A DNA stretch of 36,276 nt from an uncultured Candidatus Kuenenia sp. Its GTDB lineage: Bacteria > Planctomycetota > Planctomycetia > Pirellulales > UBA1268. The notes under the pieces are model-generated. The model did no database searches. It saw only the letters and a list, made by a program, of their open reading frames with translations, and was not told the origin of the DNA. Location of the stretch: contig CAYZFV010000204.1 of NCBI GenBank assembly GCA_964477765.1, positions 1-36,276 on the forward strand. Reading direction: 5' to 3'. This document shows, piece by piece, positions 17,010 through 26,134 of the stretch (position 1 is its first letter; every line of letters begins with the position of its first letter). The position numbers were made by a program, and so were the translations under genes.

Positions 17010-17015
17010 GTTTTA

Positions 17016-17044
17016 AGCATAGTTGCATGTGCCGCACATGACAA
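17016..17044 (-). promoter_or_regulatory. Sigma70-like promoter with embedded palindromic operator, placed for a leaderless antitoxin mRNA
   Basis: Minus-sense sequence reads TTGTCA (17044-17039), a 17-nt spacer, TATGCT (17021-17016), 6 nt, then ATG (17009). A perfect palindrome CATGTG-NNN-CACATG (17026-17040) spans the -35/spacer region. Confidence 0.45.
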
Positions 17045-17128
17045 GCAAGAAAACGGCCAACGACTCAGCCGCGTGCGTTTTTTGGTTCGCGAGCCCATCC
17101 GCACATCAGAAGCCTTTATCGACACCCA

Positions 17129-17557
17129 TCAATCCAGCGGGTGACGGCAGCGCAGCCCGGGGAAGCGGGCGTAGTCGCGATCCGTCGTGATCCACTCGGC
17201 TCCCGTCTCCAGAGCCAGTGCCGCATGATAGGCATCGGCGACGAGGTTGCCTCGTGCTTGGGAGCGACGGCAGAGGTCGAGAAAAATCTGCCAGTGCCGT
17301 GGGCCTGGTGCCAGCACGACGAGATTGTCGTGTTCTCGGAGCTCGCTGACGAAGGCAATCGCCCGGTCCATGGGGGTCGGTGGATTGAAGATCCGGGGGT
17401 GGGTGATGATCCGCAGGCAGCCGCTGAGTACCAGGTCAGATACCGCGCAGCCGATCGAAGAATCGAGATGCTCTTCCAACCACCTGCGGTAGTCCTCGTG
17501 CCGATCGGTTTCCTCTCGGTGCGCATAGACGAGCACGTTCACATCGAGCAGGATCAC
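17129..17557 (-). CDS. vapC: Type II toxin, PIN-domain VapC family (TIGR00028-like)
   Basis: MILLDVNVLVYAH..., LVADAYHAALALETGAEWITTDRDYARF. There is a 4-nt overlap with the upstream antitoxin. Confidence 0.9.
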   Translation of the reverse strand: MILLDVNVLVYAHREETDRHEDYRRWLEEHLDSSIGCAVSDLVLSGCLRIITHPRIFNPPTPMDRAIAFVSELREHDNLVVLAPGPRHWQIFLDLCRRSQARGNLVADAYHAALALETGAEWITTDRDYARFPGLRCRHPLD

Positions 17558-17793
17558 CGACCCTCCATCACGTCGAGCAGCGTCGCGGAACTGTCGAGAT
17601 CGATGCCCGGAAGAACCCCTTGGCCACGAAAGGTGGTGAGCCGTGTCGGCCGCCGCCGGCCGGCCGATCGGGACTGCGCAAAGGCTTTTTGCAGTGCTTC
17701 TTGAACCACGTCACTGAGTGTGCAGGAACGTTCCGCGGCGATTTGTTTCGCCTTGCGAAGCAGATCGTCAGGGATCGAGATCGTGGTCCTCAT
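17554..17793 (-). CDS. vapB: VapB-type antitoxin (short RHH/DUF2191-like N-terminus)
   Basis: MRTTISIPDDLLRKAKQIAAERSCTLSDVVQEAL is the typical N-terminus of VapB antitoxins that pair with this PIN subfamily. Confidence 0.8.
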   Translation of the reverse strand: MRTTISIPDDLLRKAKQIAAERSCTLSDVVQEALQKAFAQSRSAGRRRPTRLTTFRGQGVLPGIDLDSSATLLDVMEGR

Positions 17794-17800
17794 GCATCAA

Positions 17801-17829
17801 AATGTATGCAAGATGCATCATGATGTCAA
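17801..17829 (-). promoter_or_regulatory. Sigma70-like promoter placed for a leaderless vapBC mRNA, with overlapping palindromes
   Basis: Minus-sense sequence reads TTGACA (17829-17824), a 17-nt spacer, TACATT (17806-17801), 7 nt, then ATG (17793). The spacer holds the palindrome CATCATGATG, and ATGCATCA is repeated at 17792-17799 and 17813-17820. Confidence 0.45.
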
Positions 17830-18030
17830 TCAAGACGGTCGTTGCCGCGGTACTCGGCTCAAGACGGGCATAGTCGGCGATCGACTCCCAGCCGCGGTCG
17901 GCTACGATCCACAGGCCCACTTCGGCCGACTCGGGGCCGTCGTTGGTAATCGTGGCCTCGTCCCCGGTGCGTCTGGCGAGATTTCACCCCCCACCATGGT
18001 AGCTATGCCATGAAGGAGGCATGCGGAAAG

Positions 18031-18804
18031 TCATTTCACCTTCCAGACCTCCACCTCGTCGATCCAGGCCGAGGGGTTCATCAGCAGGCTGAACCACCGC
18101 TTCATGGGATGGGCGAAGCCCTCCGAGCGATGGCTGCCGAGCGGCTTGCCATCGAGCGTCACCCGCATTTCGTCTCCTTCGGTGACGAGCACGAGCGTGT
18201 GCCACTCGTTGTCGGCGTCCCAGGAAAACGTTTTTTCCTTCGTGGCGAGAAGGGCCGCCAGATCTGCCGGGAGAGGCTCCTTGGCGTCGAGGTACCTTTG
18301 CCGCCGCTGTCGCAGTTCGAGGTTCATGACGCCGGTCTTGTAGTCGGTCAGCCGAATCTTGGGCGGGGCATTTGAAATGATGGCATAGCAGAGATGGCCC
18401 GCGTGGATGCCCTTGGTCTCTCGGTCAACGAAGCCGACGGTGAGCGTGTCGGTCTTGCCGGTCCCCGGCAGTTTGAACCGCACGATCGCCCCGCCATCGG
18501 TGAAGCCGGCCTCGTGGTGGATGTGGGGCTGGTGGCCGGCCCGCGGCTCATTGATCACCTTGAGCACACCACCGTCGAGGTCGGCCTGCTTCACGTCGGG
18601 CACACGGTTGGCCGTGGCGCTGTTCCAGCCATTACCGAGCGCCTTTGCGAGATTGCCGTCTTCCTCACGGTCGAACGAATCCTTGAAGATGAGCGTGCCC
18701 TTGTCCCGCAGCCAGGCAGCGTCGTCGGCCGCTGCGATTGAGGAAAATGCGGCGACGAAGCCGCAAGCAACCAGGACAGCGGCGGGCGAACGTGCAGATA
18801 CCAT
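18031..18804 (-). CDS. Secreted concanavalin/LamG-like jelly-roll protein (DUF1080-like), function unknown
   Basis: ATG at 18804 (ORF-track 18031..19458 is over-extended). Signal peptide MVSARSPAAVLVACGFVAAFSSIAAA. The C-terminal pattern WHTLVLVTEGDEMRVTLDGKPLG...WIDEVEVWKV resembles lectin/glucanase-fold domains. The family call is tentative. Confidence 0.6.
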   Translation of the reverse strand: MVSARSPAAVLVACGFVAAFSSIAAADDAAWLRDKGTLIFKDSFDREEDGNLAKALGNGWNSATANRVPDVKQADLDGGVLKVINEPRAGHQPHIHHEAGFTDGGAIVRFKLPGTGKTDTLTVGFVDRETKGIHAGHLCYAIISNAPPKIRLTDYKTGVMNLELRQRRQRYLDAKEPLPADLAALLATKEKTFSWDADNEWHTLVLVTEGDEMRVTLDGKPLGSHRSEGFAHPMKRWFSLLMNPSAWIDEVEVWKVK

Positions 18805-18952
18805 GGGCGCCTCGAACGTGAGTGGCGGTTCCAAAACGGAGGGAGCGTACCTTCCGTCTGCACCGGTGACGCAGGCAGGCAGGAAAAAAGCGTGTTCGCG
18901 CAGGTTGCCTGCGCCGAATTGCGTCGATAATGAAACGAGAGAGGCTGACGCG

Positions 18953-21655
18953 ATGCGGATGAAGCTGCTTGCCTGTTGTTCCGTCGTCACGGCGTGGTGT
19001 GCCGTCGCCACGCCGTGCGCCGTCGCCGCCCCACAGGCTACGATCGACTCGCGGCATCGACAACTCCTCGAGGTGCACTGCCAACGGTGCCATGGCGATG
19101 AGACGCAGGAATCGGGCGTGCGGGTGGACGATCTGCCGCTCACGATCGACACCATCGCCGCCGCGGAACGCTGGCAAAAGGTGCTCAACGTGCTCAACTC
19201 CGGCGACATGCCTCCGGAGGACGAACTGCAGCCGGAGCGGGCTGCCAAGGCCGACTTTCTGGACGACCTGGCCACGGCGATGGTGACGGCCCGCAAACTG
19301 CTCGCCGACCAGGGGGGCCGGATCGCCATGCGGCGGCTCAACCGCCGGGAATACAGAAAGACGCTCCATGACCTGCTCGGCGTCGAGATCGACGTGAGTG
19401 ACCTGCCGGCTGACACAAGCCCCCTGGCTTTCGACACGGTTGGGGCGAGTCTCTTCATGACAGCCAGCCAGTTCGAGCAGTACGAGGCGATCGGCCGCGA
19501 TGCGCTCGCGGCCGCCTTTCAAAAGTATGCGGCGGCCGACACCAGGAAATACCTGCGGATCGAGGCCGAAAAGACCCTGCCGAGCTTCAAGACTGCAAAT
19601 GCAAAACTGCAGGCCAACCAGCAGGCGGCGCGGGAGTGGTTCGTGAAGCTCGAAGCAGCCGTGGCCAGCCCGGAGAACGCCGAGTTCGTCGCCAAGACTC
19701 GGCCCTCGCTCAAAGATGAAAAAGATTTTCGCTTTCACTGGCGGTCGCTCGTCGGCTTGCCGCCACCGGACGACGCCATCCCCAACAGCGGCAACAACCC
19801 CCAGTTTCTGACCGTGATCCTCGATGAGAAACGGTTCATCCCGTATGAAGAACGGTATCTGTCGATGCCGGGTCTCGACACGGGCGCCTATCTCACCGTT
19901 CCGTCCGGCGGGCGGGCTCCAAACTCGAATTCCAGGCTGAATCTCGACATCCCGCCCGACTGGCCGCCCGGCGAGTATGTGATTCGTATTCGCTGCGCGG
20001 CCCGGCCCGAGGCGGCGGAAGAGCGACGGTTCATCGAGTTTGGCCATCGTCATTCTGGTGATCGGGTGCCTGCGATCAGTGCCCACCATGTCACCGGCAC
20101 GCTGGAAGCCCCGCAGGTGATCGAGATTCCCTACACACTCAGGGCCGGGTCGGCTGACCCGGCCAAGCGGCGATTCATGGTCCGCGAGATCGACACGGGC
20201 ACCGGTGTGGCCGCCCGGCGGATCTTTGACGAGGGGGTGAAGGCCAATGGCATTGGTCCTGAACTCGCGATCTGGGTTGATTGGATCGAGATCCAACGCC
20301 AGGCTGCCTCTGCCGACGACATGGCTCCGGGCATGAAGGCCCTGCAGCCGCTGCTCAATGCCAAGGACCCCGACGCCGTGCCGGCGACCAGGGCGAAGCG
20401 AGCGGTCGAGCGGTTCATCGCCGCGGCCTACCGGGGCATGCCGCCGGCCGACGGGGAGGTGGAGCGGCTGGCGGAGATCTACGCGGCCCGCCGCGGTCTC
20501 GGGGCGAAGCACGAAGACGCCCTCATCGAGACGCTCGTGGCCGTGCTGTCATCACCCCGGTTTCTCTACCGGTCGGAGCCGGGCGCCGACGGAGCTCGTC
20601 GGGAACTCAACGGCCTTGAGCTGGCGACGCGGCTTTCCTACTTCCTGTGGGGCACGGCCCCTGATGCCGAACTGCGTCGGCTGGCGACGAGCGGGGCTCT
20701 TCTCAAGCCGACGGTTCTCGAGGCGCAGACAAATCGCCTGCTCGATGATCCGCGGTCGGCCGGCTTTGTCGAGCCCTTTGTGGCCCAGTGGCTGGCGATG
20801 GATCGGCTTGATTTCTTCCAGTTCGATCTCTCGCTGTATCCGAAGTTTGACGACAGCACCAAGGAGGCCGCCCGTCGCGAGGTCTACGAAACGTTCGCCC
20901 ATCTGCTGCGAAAAAACGGCCCGCTCGGCGATCTGCTCGCGGCGGACTACGTGGTCGTGAATGGATTGCTTGCCGACTATTACGGCCTCGCGGGCGTGCA
21001 GGGTGACGAGTTTCGCCCGGTCTCCTTGCCGGCCGGGTCGCCGCGGGGCGGCCTGATGGGGATGGCGGCGATCCATGCGATGGGGAGTAACGGCGAGCAC
21101 ACCAGCCCGGTGGAGCGGGGCGCGTGGGTTCTCCGCAAGCTGCTCAACGATCCGCCGCCGCCGGCACCGCCAAACGTGCCCCAGCTGGCACGGTTGGCCG
21201 GGAAGTCGCTCACGACCCGCGAGCGGGTCGTGTTGCATCAAGAAGAGCCGCAGTGCGCGAGCTGCCATCGCAAGATCGACCCGATCGGCTTCGGCATGGA
21301 AAACTTCGATGCGGTGGGCATGTGGCGAACGACCGATCATTCCATGGCGGTCAACGCCGCGGGCAAGCCCGACCCGAAGACAAAGAAGACCTGGACGATC
21401 GATCCCTCCGGCGCCTTGCACGGCGGCCCGGCCTTCGCCGATTTCTTCGAGCTGCGTGGCATCGTCGCCACCCGGCCCGAGCAGTTTGCCCGCGGATTCA
21501 CCGGCGCGCTCATCCAATACGCCCTCGGCCGACCGGCTGGGTTTGGCGACGAGCCGCTTATCGATTTGATCGTCAATGACGCCCGCAGCCATGAGTTTGG
21601 CATGCGATCGTTCATCCACGGCCTCGTGGGGAGCGGTTCTTTCCGTACGAAATAG
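18953..21655 (+). CDS. DUF1592-family protein (DUF1587/DUF1592/DUF1595/DUF1588/DUF1585 architecture; 'planctomycete cytochrome c'-type)
   Basis: ATG at 18953 with a signal peptide. N-terminal CQRCH (19079-19093), then [18 protein letters not shown] (DUF1587-like), and a C-terminal PPNVP...[25 protein letters not shown] (DUF1585-like). Confidence 0.9.
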   Translation: MRMKLLACCSVVTAWCAVATPCAVAAPQATIDSRHRQLLEVHCQRCHGDETQESGVRVDDLPLTIDTIAAAERWQKVLNVLNSGDMPPEDELQPERAAKADFLDDLATAMVTARKLLADQGGRIAMRRLNRREYRKTLHDLLGVEIDVSDLPADTSPLAFDTVGASLFMTASQFEQYEAIGRDALAAAFQKYAAADTRKYLRIEAEKTLPSFKTANAKLQANQQAAREWFVKLEAAVASPENAEFVAKTRPSLKDEKDFRFHWRSLVGLPPPDDAIPNSGNNPQFLTVILDEKRFIPYEERYLSMPGLDTGAYLTVPSGGRAPNSNSRLNLDIPPDWPPGEYVIRIRCAARPEAAEERRFIEFGHRHSGDRVPAISAHHVTGTLEAPQVIEIPYTLRAGSADPAKRRFMVREIDTGTGVAARRIFDEGVKANGIGPELAIWVDWIEIQRQAASADDMAPGMKALQPLLNAKDPDAVPATRAKRAVERFIAAAYRGMPPADGEVERLAEIYAARRGLGAKHEDALIETLVAVLSSPRFLYRSEPGADGARRELNGLELATRLSYFLWGTAPDAELRRLATSGALLKPTVLEAQTNRLLDDPRSAGFVEPFVAQWLAMDRLDFFQFDLSLYPKFDDSTKEAARREVYETFAHLLRKNGPLGDLLAADYVVVNGLLADYYGLAGVQGDEFRPVSLPAGSPRGGLMGMAAIHAMGSNGEHTSPVERGAWVLRKLLNDPPPPAPPNVPQLARLAGKSLTTRERVVLHQEEPQCASCHRKIDPIGFGMENFDAVGMWRTTDHSMAVNAAGKPDPKTKKTWTIDPSGALHGGPAFADFFELRGIVATRPEQFARGFTGALIQYALGRPAGFGDEPLIDLIVNDARSHEFGMRSFIHGLVGSGSFRTK

Positions 21656-21691
21656 CCAGCCCCGAACCGTCCCCTCCTTGGAGTTCACGCC

Positions 21692-23008
21692 ATGCCTTCC
21701 CGACCGACCCAGGGTTCACTCAGGATTTCGCGTCGCCAGGTGCTCGCCACGGGCACGGCGCTGATCGCGCTGCCGGCGTTTGAGTCGCTCGGCTTCCGCC
21801 GGTTTGCGGCAGCCGCCTCGGCCGTGAATCCGCCGAAGCGGCTGGTTTTTCTCGGCTTCGGCTGGGGCGTGACCGAGGACGAATGGTATCCCAAGCTTGA
21901 CCAGCCGGGCTCGGCCTACACGCTTCCCCCGCTGCTCGAGCCGCTCGCGAAGCACAAGGGCGACTTCAGCATCGTGCAGGGTTTGTGGAATCGGTTCACG
22001 GCCAATGGCCACTACGGCAGCACGTTTTGGCTGACGGGCGCGAACGAATACGGCGCACCCGGGCAGAGTTTCTTCAACAGTATCTCGGTCGATCAGGCCG
22101 CCGGCCGGGCGCTCGGCGCGGACACGCGGTTTGAGTCGCTGGCCCTCGACTGCGGTGCGGCGGCGAACGGCTCCGGCCATGGCCCCGGCCTTTCGCTTTC
22201 GTGGGACCCCCGTGGCAAGCCCGTGGGCGGCCCGCGCACCCCAGTCGAGGCGTTTCACCGGCTGTTTGCCAAAGACACGACGCCACTCGAGCAGCAGCAG
22301 GCGCTTCTCCGACAGCGGCGGAGCATTCTCGACAACGCCTTGGAAAACGCCCGTGACCTCGGCCGGTCGCTCGGCGCCACCGATCAAGACAAACTCGATG
22401 AATACCTGCAGGGGATTCGCGACCTCGAGACACGGCTCTCCCGCGATGAGAGATGGATCGGCGCGGCGCGGCCCGAGCCCCCCTTTGGCGAGCCCAAGCC
22501 GGACCTCGCGGGCCGTGAGGAGATCGCGCTGATGTACGACATCATCGTGGCTGCCATGCAAACCGACAGCACACGGGTGCTCACCTATCGGCAGCCGGTC
22601 ACGACGCTGCTGACGAGCCTGGGCCTGAAGACGGAGGCCCACACGATGAGCCACTATCACGGCCGGCCGGGTGACGTCGTGGAGTCGTCACGGCAGCGGG
22701 ATCTCACCCAGAGCACCCTGCTTGCCGGGCTGATCGACAAACTCAAGGCCACGCAGGAACCGGACGGATCGAGTCTCTTCGACCATGTCACGGTCGTCTA
22801 TGGGAGCAATATCCGCACGGGGCATTCGCTCGACAACTGTCCGACGCTGATCACGGGCCGCGGCGCCGGGGTGAAGCTTGGCGAAAACATCGTCGTACCG
22901 AAGAACACGCCGCTCTGCAACGCGTGGCTGACACTGCTCCAGCAATCGGGCGTCGCCATCGAGTCGTTCGGCGACAGCAGTGGAACGCTCGACGAGATCG
23001 TGGCGTGA
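21692..23008 (+). CDS. DUF1552 (HXXSHH family) protein with Tat-like signal
   Basis: SRRQVLATGTALIALPAFESLG at the N-terminus. The motif HTMSHYHG is an HxxSH-Y variant. The start lies 36 nt after the DUF1592-family gene. Confidence 0.9.
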   Translation: MPSRPTQGSLRISRRQVLATGTALIALPAFESLGFRRFAAAASAVNPPKRLVFLGFGWGVTEDEWYPKLDQPGSAYTLPPLLEPLAKHKGDFSIVQGLWNRFTANGHYGSTFWLTGANEYGAPGQSFFNSISVDQAAGRALGADTRFESLALDCGAAANGSGHGPGLSLSWDPRGKPVGGPRTPVEAFHRLFAKDTTPLEQQQALLRQRRSILDNALENARDLGRSLGATDQDKLDEYLQGIRDLETRLSRDERWIGAARPEPPFGEPKPDLAGREEIALMYDIIVAAMQTDSTRVLTYRQPVTTLLTSLGLKTEAHTMSHYHGRPGDVVESSRQRDLTQSTLLAGLIDKLKATQEPDGSSLFDHVTVVYGSNIRTGHSLDNCPTLITGRGAGVKLGENIVVPKNTPLCNAWLTLLQQSGVAIESFGDSSGTLDEIVA

Positions 23009-23018
23009 TGTTCTTCGT

Positions 23019-23474
23019 TCAACGCCGCGAGGGCCTGTTGCCGCGTGGTTCGGGCACGTCGAAATCCTGCGTCGACGGCTCGGCAGGCAGTTCGACGGTC
23101 GTCTGGTATTCCCGAAACAGCGGCTTCAGTGCGTCATCCGGCCCGATCGGCTCCGGGCCAAGGGCTTCAAAGCCCTCGATGCGGACGACGTGCGGCCCAG
23201 TGATGGCACCGAAACGGCGATCGGTTTCATAGCGTCCATTGAGGATCTCGGCCACGCCAGGCGGGCCTTCGTTGCCGGCCGCTGGATCCGGCTCAAACGT
23301 AATTCGACCAACCGGCACCGGTGCACCGCGAAACGTCACCTGCCCTTGAACGGTGTGACGCGGCGGCCCCTTCGTCGCTTGGCTGCAGCCTGATCCCGCG
23401 AGCAGAAAATGAGCTGTGATCACAACGTGTAGGAGGAATGTACGCCTCATTCGACAGCAGGCCGGCTTCATCAT
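23019..23474 (-). CDS. Small lipoprotein, carboxypeptidase-regulatory-like fold candidate (paralog of 27557..27982)
   Basis: Signal and Cys (FLLAGSGC), then VQGQVTFRGAPVPVGRITFEPD...GPHVVRIEG...DFDVPEP. The ATG overlaps the upstream gene's stop (ATGA). The start could instead be the Met at 23450. Confidence 0.75.
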   Translation of the reverse strand: MMKPACCRMRRTFLLHVVITAHFLLAGSGCSQATKGPPRHTVQGQVTFRGAPVPVGRITFEPDPAAGNEGPPGVAEILNGRYETDRRFGAITGPHVVRIEGFEALGPEPIGPDDALKPLFREYQTTVELPAEPSTQDFDVPEPRGNRPSRR

Positions 23475-26134
23475 TGCAATCCGTTCTTAGGCTGACCGCT
23501 GGCTCGCTTGCCGAAATTGCGAAAGATGGTGAGCCCGACTGTTTCAGTCAGGAACGTCACCGATCCATCCGCCATGGCAAAGGCGATCTCCCGCTGCTCC
23601 GCGTAGTTCGGCACGCGTCCCGTGGCGTAGGTAAGCAGCTTCTCTGCAACGCAACGCGAGAAGAGGTCGATATTGGCCACCAGCCAGGCCTTGAACTCTT
23701 CCGGAGTATTCACGGCCGTGCCGTCGGGGAGGGTGCCGGAGGGATCGATGGTGACCTTGGTTCCTGGCCAGGTCGTCCGCCAGCGGCCCACGGGGTCGTA
23801 GTTTTCGAGCACGAAGCCGACCGGGTCGATCCGCGAATGACAGACGGCGCAGCTCGCCGCTTGCGTGTGTGCCGCGAGCAGATCCCGCGGCGTCGTGGTC
23901 CCTTGCGTGTCGGGTGTCAGGGCGGGTACGTTTTTTGGTGGTGGCGGGGGCAGCATGCCGAGGAGGTTTTCCAGGACCCACACGCCACGGATGACAGGCT
24001 GCGTGTCGACGCCATTGGCCGTCGCCATCAGGATCGCCGACTGCCCGAGGAGGCCGCCGTAGCGCCCCCCCCGGTCGATCGTGAGTCGTTGAAACCGCTT
24101 CAATTCGTCGGTGGAGAGGGTCGCTTCCCCCGCCTGCATTGCGGGCGGCGTGAAACCGTAGATCCGCTGGCAAAACTCGACCGTGGAGAACGTGAAGTCG
24201 GGATCGATGAACGTCGTCATCGGGAGGTTTTTGACGAGGATCTCGCTGAAGAACCATTCCGTCTCCTTCCGGGCTACTGCTGTCGCTTCGTCGTCAAACT
24301 TGAACTTCGGATCGGGCATGATCCCCGGCAACAGCTTCGTGTCGAGCCATTGGCCGACGAAGCTGCGGATCATCGGGTCGGTGGGCCGTTTGGGCATCAG
24401 CCGCGCAGCCTCGCGGCGCAGCACCCATGATTCGCCAAGACGGTTGCGGGTGGCGAGATCGACAAGCGTGGCGTCAGGTGGACCCAGCGTGAGGAGGTAG
24501 GAGAGCCGCGTGGCGAGGTCAAACTGATCCATGGCTTCCCGAGCATCGTCCGGCTCAAGGTCGCGGTAGAGAAACCGAGGCGAGACGAGGATGCTTCGCA
24601 GCACGAGATGCATGGCCTCATCGAGGGAGTGGCCTTCATCCAGATGCCGCGTTGCGATGGCGAGGAAGTCGGCCACCGTCTCGTCATCCACCGGCCGCCG
24701 GAACGCCCGCGGTAAAAACCTCGCCAGCATCGACCGGACGATCTCGACATCGGTCTGGCCTTCACGACGTGGGCCGACGATTGCCTGCCGTGCCGCGTTT
24801 CGCATCTTGTCCTTCGGACTCGCAACCGACTGCGACGGGCCTGCGATCGCGACGCGATGGATCTCGAGCGACGGCCCCCGCTCGTGGTAATAGTGACAAA
24901 GCGCGTCAGCAAGATTGGCCGTGCCGGTGAAAGAATCGAAGATCTCGAGCAATTTGCTTGTTTTCTTGGAGTCGATCGTGGCTGCGGTCAGGTCGAGCGA
25001 TGCATCGGCCCAGTGCCGCGACACGATGTCCCAACCGTTGCGGCCGCGGAGCCGCGCCGTTTCCGGTCTGCCGGGGTTCCCGTCGGGAAACACCGCCTGC
25101 TGCCAGGCGGCCAGAAACCGCGGATCCTCGCGAAACCAGGCCTCCCTCTGGTCCGCCAGTTCTCCATACTCATGCGTCATCTCCGCATTGGCCCAGCGGA
25201 AGAGCACCGTGTCTCCCTCGTAGAGATCGGCGTCAAACGAGGTCGCCTGCGGGGAGTCACTGGTGACGTCGATCGTGTTCAGGAGACGAAAGGCCGTCAC
25301 CTTCGACCGGTCGGTCGCCGACACCGGTCGCGCGTAGACCTCGAGCTTCATCGGGCCTGCGAAAGCATGCCCCTCGGGTGAGAGGAACTGCGACGCCTCG
25401 ACGGTGACCGTGTAGGTGCCCGAGTCCCGGATCTCGATTCGGCTGGGCCAGGTACAACTCCGCATGATGTCGACACTGCGGGAGACCAGCCGCAGGGCAT
25501 CGCCGTGGATCGTCGCCGCCGAGAAACTCAGCACGAGATCCTGTGGGCCTGCTGCAAACCGAACCGGCTTCGGCGCCGCCCGTGGTGGTGGGAAAAGCTC
25601 ATCGGCCACCTCGCGGGCCACGGCGGCATAGGCCTCCAGGTGAGTCGGCGAGAGCACGAGACCCTCGGCGAGGTTGTCGAAACCGTGGCGTTCGGTGTCT
25701 CCGGGAAATCCGACCGGAAGGTGGAACGACGGCAGGTTGAGGAGTCGGCGGATCGTGGTCTCGTACTCGAGGCGGCTCAGTCGCCGCGGGGGCGTGCCGC
25801 CGAATGGCGTATGCGCCACCAGCGGTGGGTCGAGGAAGGCGACGAGCGTGTGATGCTCGGCCGGCGTGGCCGGCTCCAAGTCGGGCGGCGGCATGCGCCG
25901 ATCCTCCACGACTTCGACCACCCGGCGCCACAGGTCGACCTCCGCAGGTATGTCCCAGTCGATCGCCTGCACATCGAGCCGCACTCCTGCCTCGGCATCG
26001 TCGCCGGTGTGGCAGTCGAGGCAGCGGGTGGCGAGCACGCGTTGCACGTTCTCCGGGAGAGGCGCCCGCGCAGCGGCCTGCGGCCCGTGGGCGGCGACGG
26101 CGAAAACGATGATCGCCGACATGAGCCGCGCCAT
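23471..26134 (-). CDS. DUF1592-family protein, second paralog
   Basis: ATG at 26134 (ORF-track 26437 is over-extended) with a signal peptide. CLDCH, then RRLSRLEYETTIRRLLN, then a C-terminal PPKNVP...CAVCHSRIDPVGFVLENYDPVGRWR. Confidence 0.9.
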   Translation of the reverse strand: MARLMSAIIVFAVAAHGPQAAARAPLPENVQRVLATRCLDCHTGDDAEAGVRLDVQAIDWDIPAEVDLWRRVVEVVEDRRMPPPDLEPATPAEHHTLVAFLDPPLVAHTPFGGTPPRRLSRLEYETTIRRLLNLPSFHLPVGFPGDTERHGFDNLAEGLVLSPTHLEAYAAVAREVADELFPPPRAAPKPVRFAAGPQDLVLSFSAATIHGDALRLVSRSVDIMRSCTWPSRIEIRDSGTYTVTVEASQFLSPEGHAFAGPMKLEVYARPVSATDRSKVTAFRLLNTIDVTSDSPQATSFDADLYEGDTVLFRWANAEMTHEYGELADQREAWFREDPRFLAAWQQAVFPDGNPGRPETARLRGRNGWDIVSRHWADASLDLTAATIDSKKTSKLLEIFDSFTGTANLADALCHYYHERGPSLEIHRVAIAGPSQSVASPKDKMRNAARQAIVGPRREGQTDVEIVRSMLARFLPRAFRRPVDDETVADFLAIATRHLDEGHSLDEAMHLVLRSILVSPRFLYRDLEPDDAREAMDQFDLATRLSYLLTLGPPDATLVDLATRNRLGESWVLRREAARLMPKRPTDPMIRSFVGQWLDTKLLPGIMPDPKFKFDDEATAVARKETEWFFSEILVKNLPMTTFIDPDFTFSTVEFCQRIYGFTPPAMQAGEATLSTDELKRFQRLTIDRGGRYGGLLGQSAILMATANGVDTQPVIRGVWVLENLLGMLPPPPPKNVPALTPDTQGTTTPRDLLAAHTQAASCAVCHSRIDPVGFVLENYDPVGRWRTTWPGTKVTIDPSGTLPDGTAVNTPEEFKAWLVANIDLFSRCVAEKLLTYATGRVPNYAEQREIAFAMADGSVTFLTETVGLTIFRNFGKRASGQPKNGLQ

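Noticed and set aside
17830-17990. Protein-like open frame on the minus strand (…EATITNDGPESAEVGLWIVADRGWESIADYARLEPSTAATTVLID) in the 237-nt gap upstream of vapB
   Set aside because: It is bounded by stops with no plausible start codon, falls below the ORF threshold, and matches no motif I recognise. It could be a gene relic, but that cannot be supported from sequence alone. A translated database search would settle it.
18665-20512. 615-aa ORF antisense to the first DUF1592-family gene
   Set aside because: The reasoning is the same. The composition is Arg/Gly/Pro-dominated, there are no motifs, and the sense strand carries strong family signatures.
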